Positions 1 to 9,047 of a stretch of DNA of 64,000 nt are shown piece by piece. The position numbers were made by a program, and so were the translations under genes. Each line of letters opens with the position of its first letter. The stretch's first letter is position 1. This DNA is from a virus (lineage: Duplodnaviria; Caudoviricetes). A model generated the notes under the pieces. That model saw only the letters and a list, made by a program, of their open reading frames with translations. It did not search any database and had not been told where the DNA came from. The stretch lies in IMG/VR virus record IMGVR_UViG_3300032280_000442, positions 160,001-224,000 of that record; one strand, given 5' to 3'.

Positions 1-1335
1 ACTATTGGGACCTAATCCACTACCAGGTATTGTCTGATAAGTCCCCAAAGAATATGGTTGATTATTTTCGTCAACAAAATTAGATGTTGTATTATTTGAT
101 TTCCACCAAGTACTCGGAAAACCAAGAGAGGTTAAAGGTAAATTAAACTCATAACCCTGTTTTAACCCAACATATTGACCGGTATTAACATTTTTTATAC
201 CAAATGTTAACCCAAAATAACCTTTCCATAATGTTGTTATATATAACTCACTTATTGGTCTTTTTTGGTTATCTCTTAATGGATTAACGTCAATATCTTT
301 ATTAAACGATAAACTATATGATTGAGCCCCTTCTTTAATTGAAACTCTTTTATTATTATTTGGAGTATAAACCGGACTTTCAAATTTCTTTTTTGAACCA
401 AATATATTTTGTTCAAATCCCGCATTAACCATAACAGCATCATTAACATTTGTTAATAATTTATGTTGTAACACATAATACTTAGATGTTGTGTCATTAG
501 GATTCTCGTAATTAATTATTCGTTTGAAAGTTCCATTTAAACCTGACACAAATTTTGTAGACGGATATCCAATATCATAGATGTTAAACATATATTCATC
601 AGTTCCCGGCATACCATCACCTAAGTCAAACACCTGAAATGTATCATTTGTAGTTACCACTCCATTAACAACTATTTTAATTTTAGCAAATTCACTAATG
701 GATAATCCGTGCTTAACCGGACACACAAACCTTATAACTTTATTACCATTAATGAACGTACTACCGGTTGGAATCACAAATGGAATACCATCAGAAATTG
801 TCCATTGAACTGGTTGTGAGTTTGGTCCATCGTAATATTCCAAAACTTTATTATAAGAATTTTTATAAGGATAACTTACAAAAAAATTCCAATTGTACGT
901 TGAAGCACTTCTTGATATAAAATTTATATGATTGTTTGGTGGTTGAGTGTATCCACTAACATTATAATCACTACGAACAAAATCAAATTCGTGATATTGG
1001 GGAAATCCTTGCCAATTAACATTTGCGGAACCTACATTACATTGTTGTAACAATGAGGCGTTTTGATTAATATAATATAAATTATTTTCTAATGGGGTAT
1101 ATCGTGTTGACCCTGTATACGCATTTTCATACAATAATTGAAATTTACAAACAGGTCTAAAAGTTGTTGATTTTTGTCTTTCATCATCAAATAATTGAGC
1201 AAGATTAACATCAATACTTCTATCAAACTCTAGTAAATTCTTTGAATTTTGAACTAAAGGTGTCGGTATAGACAAATCGGTATTAGTTGACGTTTTGTAT
1301 CTTAATGAACCTAAAACAATTCTAATATTATCCAT
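1..1335 (-). CDS. Hypothetical (probably structural) protein, 3' end truncated by the window edge
   Basis: Not in the ORF track. ATG at 1335 reads MDNIRIVLGSLRYKTSTNTDLSIPTPLVQNSKNLLEFDRSIDVNLAQLFDDERQKS..., starting 1 nt after the stop of the 1750-aa gene. Appears to stay open to the window edge (not every codon checked). Confidence 0.75.
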   Translation of the reverse strand, partial: MDNIRIVLGSLRYKTSTNTDLSIPTPLVQNSKNLLEFDRSIDVNLAQLFDDERQKSTTFRPVCKFQLLYENAYTGSTRYTPLENNLYYINQNASLLQQCNVGSANVNWQGFPQYHEFDFVRSDYNVSGYTQPPNNHINFISRSASTYNWNFFVSYPYKNSYNKVLEYYDGPNSQPVQWTISDGIPFVIPTGSTFINGNKVIRFVCPVKHGLSISEFAKIKIVVNGVVTTNDTFQVFDLGDGMPGTDEYMFNIYDIGYPSTKFVSGLNGTFKRIINYENPNDTTSKYYVLQHKLLTNVNDAVMVNAGFEQNIFGSKKKFESPVYTPNNNKRVSIKEGAQSYSLSFNKDIDVNPLRDNQKRPISELYITTLWKGYFGLTFGIKNVNTGQYVGLKQGYEFNLPLTSLGFPSTWWKSNNTTSNFVDENNQPYSLGTYQTIPGSGLGPNS

Positions 1336-1336
1336 A

Positions 1337-4300
1337 TTAATTTACTACATTATTTGTGTTTATCCATTTAACTCTAAATCTATCAAATGCTGATGCTCCT
1401 CGTCTTAAACCAAAATAAAAATGAAATGGTGCTCCTGTAGTCACTAACTTATCATCACTAGGATTTCTTTGCCAATCACCTGACGCTGCACTTAATTCAA
1501 AACCACCATTAACACTAGGTTTAATCGCATATATATATCCTTTATAATACTGAGTTATTTGAGTAACGTCATTTCTAAAATACCTTGAAGATTGGGCTAC
1601 TCTATCTAATGACTGATATTTATGTGAGAACACCGTACTACCATTAACTGTGAAATCCCAATTATTATATTGTTTACCAAAAATAGAGTCATTTTCTTCA
1701 ATAGCCCATTGTGATAATGGAACTCTTTGAGAGTATACCGGAAAATTATTAAAGGTACAGTTACTATTTGTAACACCTGAAGGATTAATAATTGTTCTTT
1801 TTGGTGTTATATAATCTCTCAATTGAGTATCTGAAGAAAAGAAAATACCTAAAACATTACTACAATCAAAATAAATTGGATTTTGACCGGTAGGACTATC
1901 CGGATAATTTGATGCCACGAATGGTGCAACACCTAACTCTGAATTAATTGAAATTAATTGAGCGTAATCCGCATCAATCATTAATTTAGTCCCTCCAGCA
2001 CCTCTACCTGGTCGACCATTAGAAAAATAAGCTAAAATGTTAGACTTAACTATTAAACCTAAAACATCATTACCAACAAATCTACTTACTATAAACAAAT
2101 TAAGAATGTCATCAACAGTACCAAAAGAAGACGTTTCTAATCTATTAGCAATATACCCGTCATAATCATCCGACATTACCAACTCTTGTAAATAATCAGC
2201 TCTTGGCCCTAAATCCATTATTGTTGTTGGGAACCCAATATTACCCGTTCCAATCTGTTCAAACTCATTTGTTGTTGTGTCATAAGGTGTTGCTCTATAA
2301 TAAAAGTTTCTTGTTTGATTATGATACATTAAAACACTATCACAATAGTCAAATATTGGTTGATTTGGTGTTGGACTAGTCGGCGAAGTATACGCCCCAA
2401 TTTGATTTTTAAATGGAAAAGCGTATAACACCCCATTAACCCAATTATTCACAAATCTATGTGAAAACACGTTTCGACAAGCACCAAGTATAACCAAATT
2501 TCGAGCAATCCACTCAAACATTAGTTTCCAATCATAACCTAATGATAAAAAGATTGTTGTTACAAATTTATAACAACCAAATTCAAAAATTGTTTGACCC
2601 AAATATCTTTGACAATCGGAACCAGCAATATTTATTGTACCATTATTACAACCATAACAAGATAAATTAACAGAACCATTACAAGTAAACGAGTCAAACA
2701 CCCTATTAATTGCCGGAGAACCCGCTAAGTCTTGGAAAGTATACTGTAAGTCACCAGAACCCGCACTTGCGGAGCTACCTTGACTACTAGATACCACTAA
2801 AACACCATCTTCAGGTATTAAAAATATTTTAAAATTAGTATTTTTTTGTAATACCATACCATTACAACAATATTCTTCAACATTAGTTGAGGTAGGCAAT
2901 CTATCACCTCTCATAACAGTTTCATAACCACCTTTAGGATTAATAGATGGATTTAAATTACCTAAGGTAAAGTTTATAGTATTACCGGTTGTGTCATAAA
3001 TTCTTGTAAAATAATTTGATGAAATAGAATAGGGACCATTTCCTGTTACATTGTAAACGGTGTCAACATTACCACCACCAGTTGTTTCGTCATAAGCATT
3101 ATAAAGTTCAAGATTACTATACATAATCGGACCTCCCTCAATAATTTCATTTGGAAAATATCCTTGATTATTACCCGTATTTGTAGTGTAAGGATTACTA
3201 ACATTTATAAAATTAATGTTCGCATAACCAAAAAATGTTCGTATATAAAGAGTATAAACTCTCTGGCTAAACCTATTTTGAGGACTAACTCTTAACCCTG
3301 TCTGTACTCCATTTGTTGGGCCTGTATTGGCGACATTAGTAGTAATTGTTGTAACATTATTTATATTACCCCCACAATTAGCTTTCCACCCCATCGCGGT
3401 TTTATCCATATAAGAATAGTAACTAATTAAATTGGAACTAAAACCTGAGTATTTCGACACCAACAACCCATTTTGATTTACCTGAGGTTGACCAAACTCA
3501 TATGTTGTTACAGGACCTCTTACTTCAGTTATTTGTGGTCTATACGAAAATGAATTAAAATATAATTTTTGACTTGAATATGAATCTGTACTAATATTAC
3601 TATTATTTAAATGACTATTTAAATGACTAACATTTAAAAATTTACCCTGAATTGGTATGTTCATATGGTAAAGACCTGTAACTGTTTTACTATTATAAGA
3701 TGTGTTCCCAAACAATCTACCTAAACCATATGATATTTTTACTTTTGGGGTATAAGGGTCAACACCTCTATTTAAAATTAAAACACACATATTTTGAACA
3801 TCCTCAATAAAATCTAAACAATTAATTATTTGATTTTCGGCTTCATTAAGACGGTTAGAAACGCGACCTTCAGTTTCCTCAATAGCCATAAGTGTTGGAT
3901 TATTAATATAACGACTATTTAAAGAATCTCTACCTATTTGATTACTACACTGACCACTGAATTGACTATAAGTCATACCTGTTATTACTTGGAAATACTC
4001 TACATCTGTCGGAAACTTATGATAATTATTTGTAGTGTCCGCAGTAATATTAACTGAATATGTTTTTTGTAAATTACTACCTGAACTACCATCAGGATTA
4101 GCATAAAAAACTGTTATATTTGTTTGACCTGTTGAGGTTACACCAGTAATTGCATTATTACCATATGTATTTAAAACACCACCTGTAAGATTGACGTCTT
4201 TGGTTAATGTTGGATTTTGAAACGCAATTAATTGACCTGCTGGTAAATTTTGAATACTACTTTTATCACAAAGTATTACAATAGTATTATCAGTATGATA

Positions 4301-6589
4301 CTCTGATTGTTGAGGATTAAAATTAACAGAAATTATATTTACCCCACCACCCGGGTTATTTGTACTACTATTAAAATATTTTGCTTTAACATTAAATAAA
4401 TTAATTTTATCAGAAATTGGTAAATTAGTCGTATAACAAAATCTTGTATTATTCGGGTCTGTTGGATAAGTAAAACTTTGTACATAAGGTGCACCAATGT
4501 TATTTGAGGCATATTGATTATCATATAAAACCCCTGTTAAATTTTGATTAAAAATTTGAGCGACGACCGATTCATATCCATTAGGTGTGTTAGGACCTCT
4601 TGTCGGAATATTAAACGATGCCGGACTAAATAATGATAACATACCAGGAGATAAATCTATTGAGGTAATATCAGTATTAGACACAATAGACACACAACTA
4701 TCAACTTTATTTCCAGCATTTGCTGATGGAGCACCTGTGGCTTCACCAATATCCTCACTTGTGTTTGAATCCGGACTACAAGGACATAGTTCACAATCAG
4801 GATAAGTTAAAATAGGTACTTTAACACCCGATAAATCAATTTTAAATAACTGTTTAACAATAAGAAAAAGAAGTCCTGCCAAAGCAAGATACGCCAATCC
4901 CGCTAAAAATGTTCCAATACTAAATGTCACACCAAGCCCAATACCTGTCGCCCCCGCACACGTTAAAAGACCAATTATACCATAATATGCAACTAATAAA
5001 GGTAATAATATTGTCCTTAAAATCCAAACAACAAAATATAATATGTGTAGTAATAGTATTAACGCAAAAAATACCGGAGTTAAAATTATACTAAAAAACA
5101 TAAAAATGATATATAAAATATCAAATCTAAAGTTCCCATCATTTGTTGGGAATCTATTATTAACACTCGCACAATTATTGTCTAATATATTTTTAATACC
5201 AATATATCTTTCTATACCACTACCTTCTCTTCTACCTGAAATAAATTGAGAAACCGTATAAACTTTATTATATTGCATTAAATAAAATTTATCATCACAA
5301 TTAATGGCCTCTTGTACTATTTTTTGAGCTAAAATATTATCTGATGTTGTACCTGTACGAGCATAATCATTCCAATCAACACTAAACGCGTAAGATTGTT
5401 GTACATTACTACCTTTGTATTCTTTAATATTTGGTACTAAAAAATACCCTCGTCTTGTAGGCTCACTTAATGATGGTGACTGAGACCACTTAATTTTAAA
5501 TCTATATTTGGCTTTAGTTGGTATACCAACTTCCGGGTCATTAGATAATACTTGTTCACCAAATTCATTAGTGGTATAATAATCTAAATTCATTGGTACA
5601 TCAATTAACCAAGTACCGTTTTCATCTATAACTTTACCACCACCTTCTAAACTAAAATTTTCTAAAATTGGTCGTCCATTTGAATCTTGTAAGATTGTTT
5701 GTCTAATCGCTAATATATCTCCAGGACCTACGGTTAAATCACATAAATGGCCTGAATTACTTGGTGGTCTACATCCTGTTGATAACGCATTACTATTTGT
5801 TGTTGAAATTATTGACCCCATAAAAATAGATGTTGGTCTAATATCCACATTAGCTTCACTAGTTAAATCAAAATCAGTTCTTGTAATACCTAAATTACAA
5901 ATTTCAGGTTGACCCCATAACGGGTCTACCTCAATAGATTTACTAAGATTAATAATTTGAGGTAATTCACGTAAATTATTTGATGACCTAAAATTAGTTC
6001 CAGAAACTTGAGCCTCAGTTGCAAGACCCATTCTAATTAAATCTTGAGGTGATAAAGAAAACTCCCCAATATCAGATAAATCAACGTCCATAACAATAGT
6101 ATGAGACCCCACAGGAACACCAAATATCATATAGTCACCACTTTCATTAGTGATTGCGTTATATTTGTAATATTTGTCGTAAACCTCAATTAATGTTGGG
6201 TCCGTTAAAACATCATTTCTTGTGAAAAAAGTTCCGGTCGGAACGTGAGCACTATATGATTTAACATAAGGTAGTAGATTATATCTATACCCCTCATCAT
6301 TATTATCTAATAATGATTTATATGGATATAATTCGGATATAATAGGATTGTTTTGGTCTACACTATCTATAGGAATAAAGATAGAAACTTTAGCATTTGG
6401 AATACCAAAACCATTATTGACACTAACACGTCCAACAATAACTCCATAATCAGAACATTGTCTTGTATAGATATCACTTTGTAATATTTTTAAGGATAGA
6501 ATTTCTAAATGCTCGAATTCTTGTTCAATTAATACCTTCAAAGAAGTATCGACACCGACCTTCGTTCTTATTCTATATGACTTTGACAT
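1337..6589 (-). CDS. Large putative baseplate/tail-associated protein with an internal multi-helix hydrophobic segment
   Basis: 1750-aa ORF directly after the gp6-like gene. N-terminal beta-sandwich-like region (GVIVGRV...IPNAKVSIF...TNESGDYMIFGVPVG); ~90-aa hydrophobic stretch at aa ~490-585. Confidence 0.6.
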   Translation of the reverse strand: MSKSYRIRTKVGVDTSLKVLIEQEFEHLEILSLKILQSDIYTRQCSDYGVIVGRVSVNNGFGIPNAKVSIFIPIDSVDQNNPIISELYPYKSLLDNNDEGYRYNLLPYVKSYSAHVPTGTFFTRNDVLTDPTLIEVYDKYYKYNAITNESGDYMIFGVPVGSHTIVMDVDLSDIGEFSLSPQDLIRMGLATEAQVSGTNFRSSNNLRELPQIINLSKSIEVDPLWGQPEICNLGITRTDFDLTSEANVDIRPTSIFMGSIISTTNSNALSTGCRPPSNSGHLCDLTVGPGDILAIRQTILQDSNGRPILENFSLEGGGKVIDENGTWLIDVPMNLDYYTTNEFGEQVLSNDPEVGIPTKAKYRFKIKWSQSPSLSEPTRRGYFLVPNIKEYKGSNVQQSYAFSVDWNDYARTGTTSDNILAQKIVQEAINCDDKFYLMQYNKVYTVSQFISGRREGSGIERYIGIKNILDNNCASVNNRFPTNDGNFRFDILYIIFMFFSIILTPVFFALILLLHILYFVVWILRTILLPLLVAYYGIIGLLTCAGATGIGLGVTFSIGTFLAGLAYLALAGLLFLIVKQLFKIDLSGVKVPILTYPDCELCPCSPDSNTSEDIGEATGAPSANAGNKVDSCVSIVSNTDITSIDLSPGMLSLFSPASFNIPTRGPNTPNGYESVVAQIFNQNLTGVLYDNQYASNNIGAPYVQSFTYPTDPNNTRFCYTTNLPISDKINLFNVKAKYFNSSTNNPGGGVNIISVNFNPQQSEYHTDNTIVILCDKSSIQNLPAGQLIAFQNPTLTKDVNLTGGVLNTYGNNAITGVTSTGQTNITVFYANPDGSSGSNLQKTYSVNITADTTNNYHKFPTDVEYFQVITGMTYSQFSGQCSNQIGRDSLNSRYINNPTLMAIEETEGRVSNRLNEAENQIINCLDFIEDVQNMCVLILNRGVDPYTPKVKISYGLGRLFGNTSYNSKTVTGLYHMNIPIQGKFLNVSHLNSHLNNSNISTDSYSSQKLYFNSFSYRPQITEVRGPVTTYEFGQPQVNQNGLLVSKYSGFSSNLISYYSYMDKTAMGWKANCGGNINNVTTITTNVANTGPTNGVQTGLRVSPQNRFSQRVYTLYIRTFFGYANINFINVSNPYTTNTGNNQGYFPNEIIEGGPIMYSNLELYNAYDETTGGGNVDTVYNVTGNGPYSISSNYFTRIYDTTGNTINFTLGNLNPSINPKGGYETVMRGDRLPTSTNVEEYCCNGMVLQKNTNFKIFLIPEDGVLVVSSSQGSSASAGSGDLQYTFQDLAGSPAINRVFDSFTCNGSVNLSCYGCNNGTINIAGSDCQRYLGQTIFEFGCYKFVTTIFLSLGYDWKLMFEWIARNLVILGACRNVFSHRFVNNWVNGVLYAFPFKNQIGAYTSPTSPTPNQPIFDYCDSVLMYHNQTRNFYYRATPYDTTTNEFEQIGTGNIGFPTTIMDLGPRADYLQELVMSDDYDGYIANRLETSSFGTVDDILNLFIVSRFVGNDVLGLIVKSNILAYFSNGRPGRGAGGTKLMIDADYAQLISINSELGVAPFVASNYPDSPTGQNPIYFDCSNVLGIFFSSDTQLRDYITPKRTIINPSGVTNSNCTFNNFPVYSQRVPLSQWAIEENDSIFGKQYNNWDFTVNGSTVFSHKYQSLDRVAQSSRYFRNDVTQITQYYKGYIYAIKPSVNGGFELSAASGDWQRNPSDDKLVTTGAPFHFYFGLRRGASAFDRFRVKWINTNNVVN

Positions 6590-6592
6590 TTT

Positions 6593-6637
6593 TTATCTTT
6601 TTAAATAAATAGTTTATACACTATTTTTAAAAGATAA
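6593..6637 (-). promoter_or_regulatory. Inverted repeat enclosing the TATTTAT motif and the translation initiation region
   Basis: TTATCTTTT (6593-6601) pairs with AAAAGATAA (6629-6637), and AAATAG (6607-6612) with CTATTT (6621-6626). Motif at 6605-6611, ATG at 6589. Confidence 0.5.
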
Positions 6638-6661
6638 TTCATTATTTTAAAAAATAAATTA

Positions 6662-8500
6662 TTATGAAAAGTTAACAGTTTTTAAATTTTTAACTCTAAT
6701 ATTAATATCTTTATTAGGATATTTTATTTGATAAGTTTGATTTGGTTGAGCAAAAATTGTATCATCAATTAATTCAATTTGTTTTGTTGTACTATCAATA
6801 TATCTTTGAGATGTTTGAGATGATGAATATTGTCCACCAACTTGATTAAATACTTGAATATCCGACAATGAAATTACGCCATTTTCACTTTGTATTAATC
6901 TTCTTAATTCAGATATATTAACATTCTCACCCATTTGTCTGTTAAGAGGGTCAAAATACTCAGAAACTATTGTAATTATTTGAGAAATAACGGTTCCTTG
7001 ATTTTGTGTATTATCTAAAACAACATCAATATTAAAACTTAAATCAATAACATTCGCACTTTGAATTGACACATAATCATTAATCATTCGATAATTTGAC
7101 AAATAATTTGCAACATTATTTTTTAGTGTGTTTGAAATAACTTCGGTTAATCTACCGGTTTCATCATAAGATAACATTTGAACTATTATCTTATTATTAT
7201 TTTCAGTTATTGAAACTTTTGCAGGTGCCCCAAATTGTGATGGCATTGTTCTAATTAACGACTCATAATCATTAACAGTAACCGCTCTTTTTTGTGATGA
7301 AAAATTATACGCAACTAAATTTCTAACTTCCTCTGTTGTTGGGAAACTCGCCCCACCAATCGCTGCGGTTACATTAGTACATCTTAACGAATTAACCACA
7401 GTTGTGTTAACACTATCTGATGGACCATTAACAAAAAATGATACGGTGCCTATTTGTGTAATAGCATTCACACCAATATTACTACCAACACCTCCACCAA
7501 CTCTGTATTGAACAAATAAAGTTGTGTTTGCCTTTAAAGAACTACCTAACGCTAAATTATTAGAATACTTATATAAATTTAATTGATAACCATCCCTTGC
7601 AAATTCTCTTAATTGTTCATCTGCCGATTGTGAACCACCACCAAAAGTCATTTTTAAAAATCCTTCAGGTGTAAATTCTGTAATAAATTTACTACTAGTC
7701 TGTAAATATTTTCCAACTTTAATACCCGGTGCGTCCGATACTTTTGTTGGGTCTTCAACAAATACTCTATCTTCCGCTAAAGAATCCACTTCATACCATC
7801 TATTATCTAAACCTAAAAACTCTTGTACTGATGGGATATTTGTGTATTGTGTACTATCTTTTAACAATACACTAGTCACCCCCAACACATTTTTATCCGG
7901 TAAAAATAATTCATAAAAAGGTCTAACATCATTTGGCGTTATAACTTTTTTAAATACTTTTGTGGTACCATTAACCACAGTTTCTCGTTTAGTGATTGTA
8001 TAATTTAATAATTTATTATTAGAATCAAAATTAGGTATTTTTAACCTATTAGGAAATCCCTCACCATTTATTGGCGACGCAAAATCAATATCGTAAACCG
8101 TTTCAAATACTTGTCCCGCACCATTTACTTGAGAACCTCTACGTAATATACCACAATATCTCAAATCTTCTTTATCTCCAAAAGCAGGAACTGTAATTGA
8201 GAAATCAACTAAAGCAACTGATGGTCTCATACCCGGAACTTTCAATCCATAGGTTTTTGCAATATTAAATATGGATGACCTTTGTTGTGCATATTGAAGA
8301 ACAGTCTCTTGAATACTTCTATCAATATTAAACTGTAAGTTGTCGGTTACCGCAGCATTTAAATCCAATAATACCGAAAAAACAGACGCATCGTTAAAGT
8401 TTTGAATAGTGTCCGGATAATAGGTTTTAGTAAAGTTAATTAACTCTGTTCTAATTGATTGGAAATCTCTTGTAGTATAGGAAATTTTTTTGTTTGCCAT
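6662..8500 (-). CDS. Baseplate wedge protein (T4 gp6 / baseplate J-like)
   Basis: YTTRDFQSIRTEL N-terminus, QYRVGGGVGSN and QKRAVTVNDYE motifs typical of gp6/J; adjacent to the gp25-like gene. Confidence 0.9.
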   Translation of the reverse strand: MANKKISYTTRDFQSIRTELINFTKTYYPDTIQNFNDASVFSVLLDLNAAVTDNLQFNIDRSIQETVLQYAQQRSSIFNIAKTYGLKVPGMRPSVALVDFSITVPAFGDKEDLRYCGILRRGSQVNGAGQVFETVYDIDFASPINGEGFPNRLKIPNFDSNNKLLNYTITKRETVVNGTTKVFKKVITPNDVRPFYELFLPDKNVLGVTSVLLKDSTQYTNIPSVQEFLGLDNRWYEVDSLAEDRVFVEDPTKVSDAPGIKVGKYLQTSSKFITEFTPEGFLKMTFGGGSQSADEQLREFARDGYQLNLYKYSNNLALGSSLKANTTLFVQYRVGGGVGSNIGVNAITQIGTVSFFVNGPSDSVNTTVVNSLRCTNVTAAIGGASFPTTEEVRNLVAYNFSSQKRAVTVNDYESLIRTMPSQFGAPAKVSITENNNKIIVQMLSYDETGRLTEVISNTLKNNVANYLSNYRMINDYVSIQSANVIDLSFNIDVVLDNTQNQGTVISQIITIVSEYFDPLNRQMGENVNISELRRLIQSENGVISLSDIQVFNQVGGQYSSSQTSQRYIDSTTKQIELIDDTIFAQPNQTYQIKYPNKDINIRVKNLKTVNFS

Positions 8501-8504
8501 AATT

Positions 8505-8963
8505 TTATATATTAATAATTACAAAATCGCTACTATTAAACACATCATTATTAATGATATAATCAATTTTAACTTTTGCAGTATGTTCATTATTTGAGAT
8601 GTTAGGTACACGAAATACTCTTTCATCATTATCGTTTATATAACTACCTTTATCTTCGTCAGTATCTGAAGCCGCTCCAATAGAAATATTAGTAATTCTT
8701 ATACCCGGTAGATATATTCCGGCAGCCTCTCTTATTTCCGTTTCTATTTCTGAAAAAGTAGGACCGTCTAACGGTTCAAAGATAAATTCATATAATCTTG
8801 TCCCAAAATCAGGTAAATAATATCTACTACCTTTTTTTGATAATAAAAGGTGTATTAAATTAGACCTAATTTCTTGGTCACTATAATCCGATAAATCTAA
8901 ATATTTTCCATCATAAGAATCTCTGAAAGGAAAAGTTAACCCATATGTTGTTCCATCTGCCAT
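8505..8963 (-). CDS. Baseplate wedge / sheath initiator (T4 gp25-like)
   Basis: IRSNLIHLLLSKKGSRYYLPDFGTRLYEFIFEP motif. Start moved to ATG 8963 (MADGTTYG) because the TATTTAT motif lies at 8968-8974. Confidence 0.88.
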   Translation of the reverse strand: MADGTTYGLTFPFRDSYDGKYLDLSDYSDQEIRSNLIHLLLSKKGSRYYLPDFGTRLYEFIFEPLDGPTFSEIETEIREAAGIYLPGIRITNISIGAASDTDEDKGSYINDNDERVFRVPNISNNEHTAKVKIDYIINNDVFNSSDFVIINI

Positions 8964-9011
8964 AACTATAAATATAGTGTCGTCATTATTTTTTATAAAT
9001 ACCCCCAAAAT

Positions 9012-9038
9012 AAAAAATCACGACCTAAGTCGTGATTT
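9012..9038 (-). terminator. Intrinsic terminator after nrdA
   Basis: Minus strand AAATCACGAC-TTAG-GTCGTGATTT followed by T run. Confidence 0.8.
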
Positions 9039-9047
9039 ATATTCTTG

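Noticed and set aside
8964-9008. ORF-track start for the gp25-like gene at 9008
   Set aside because: The extension spans the TATTTAT motifs and lies against the terminator; ATG 8963 fits better.
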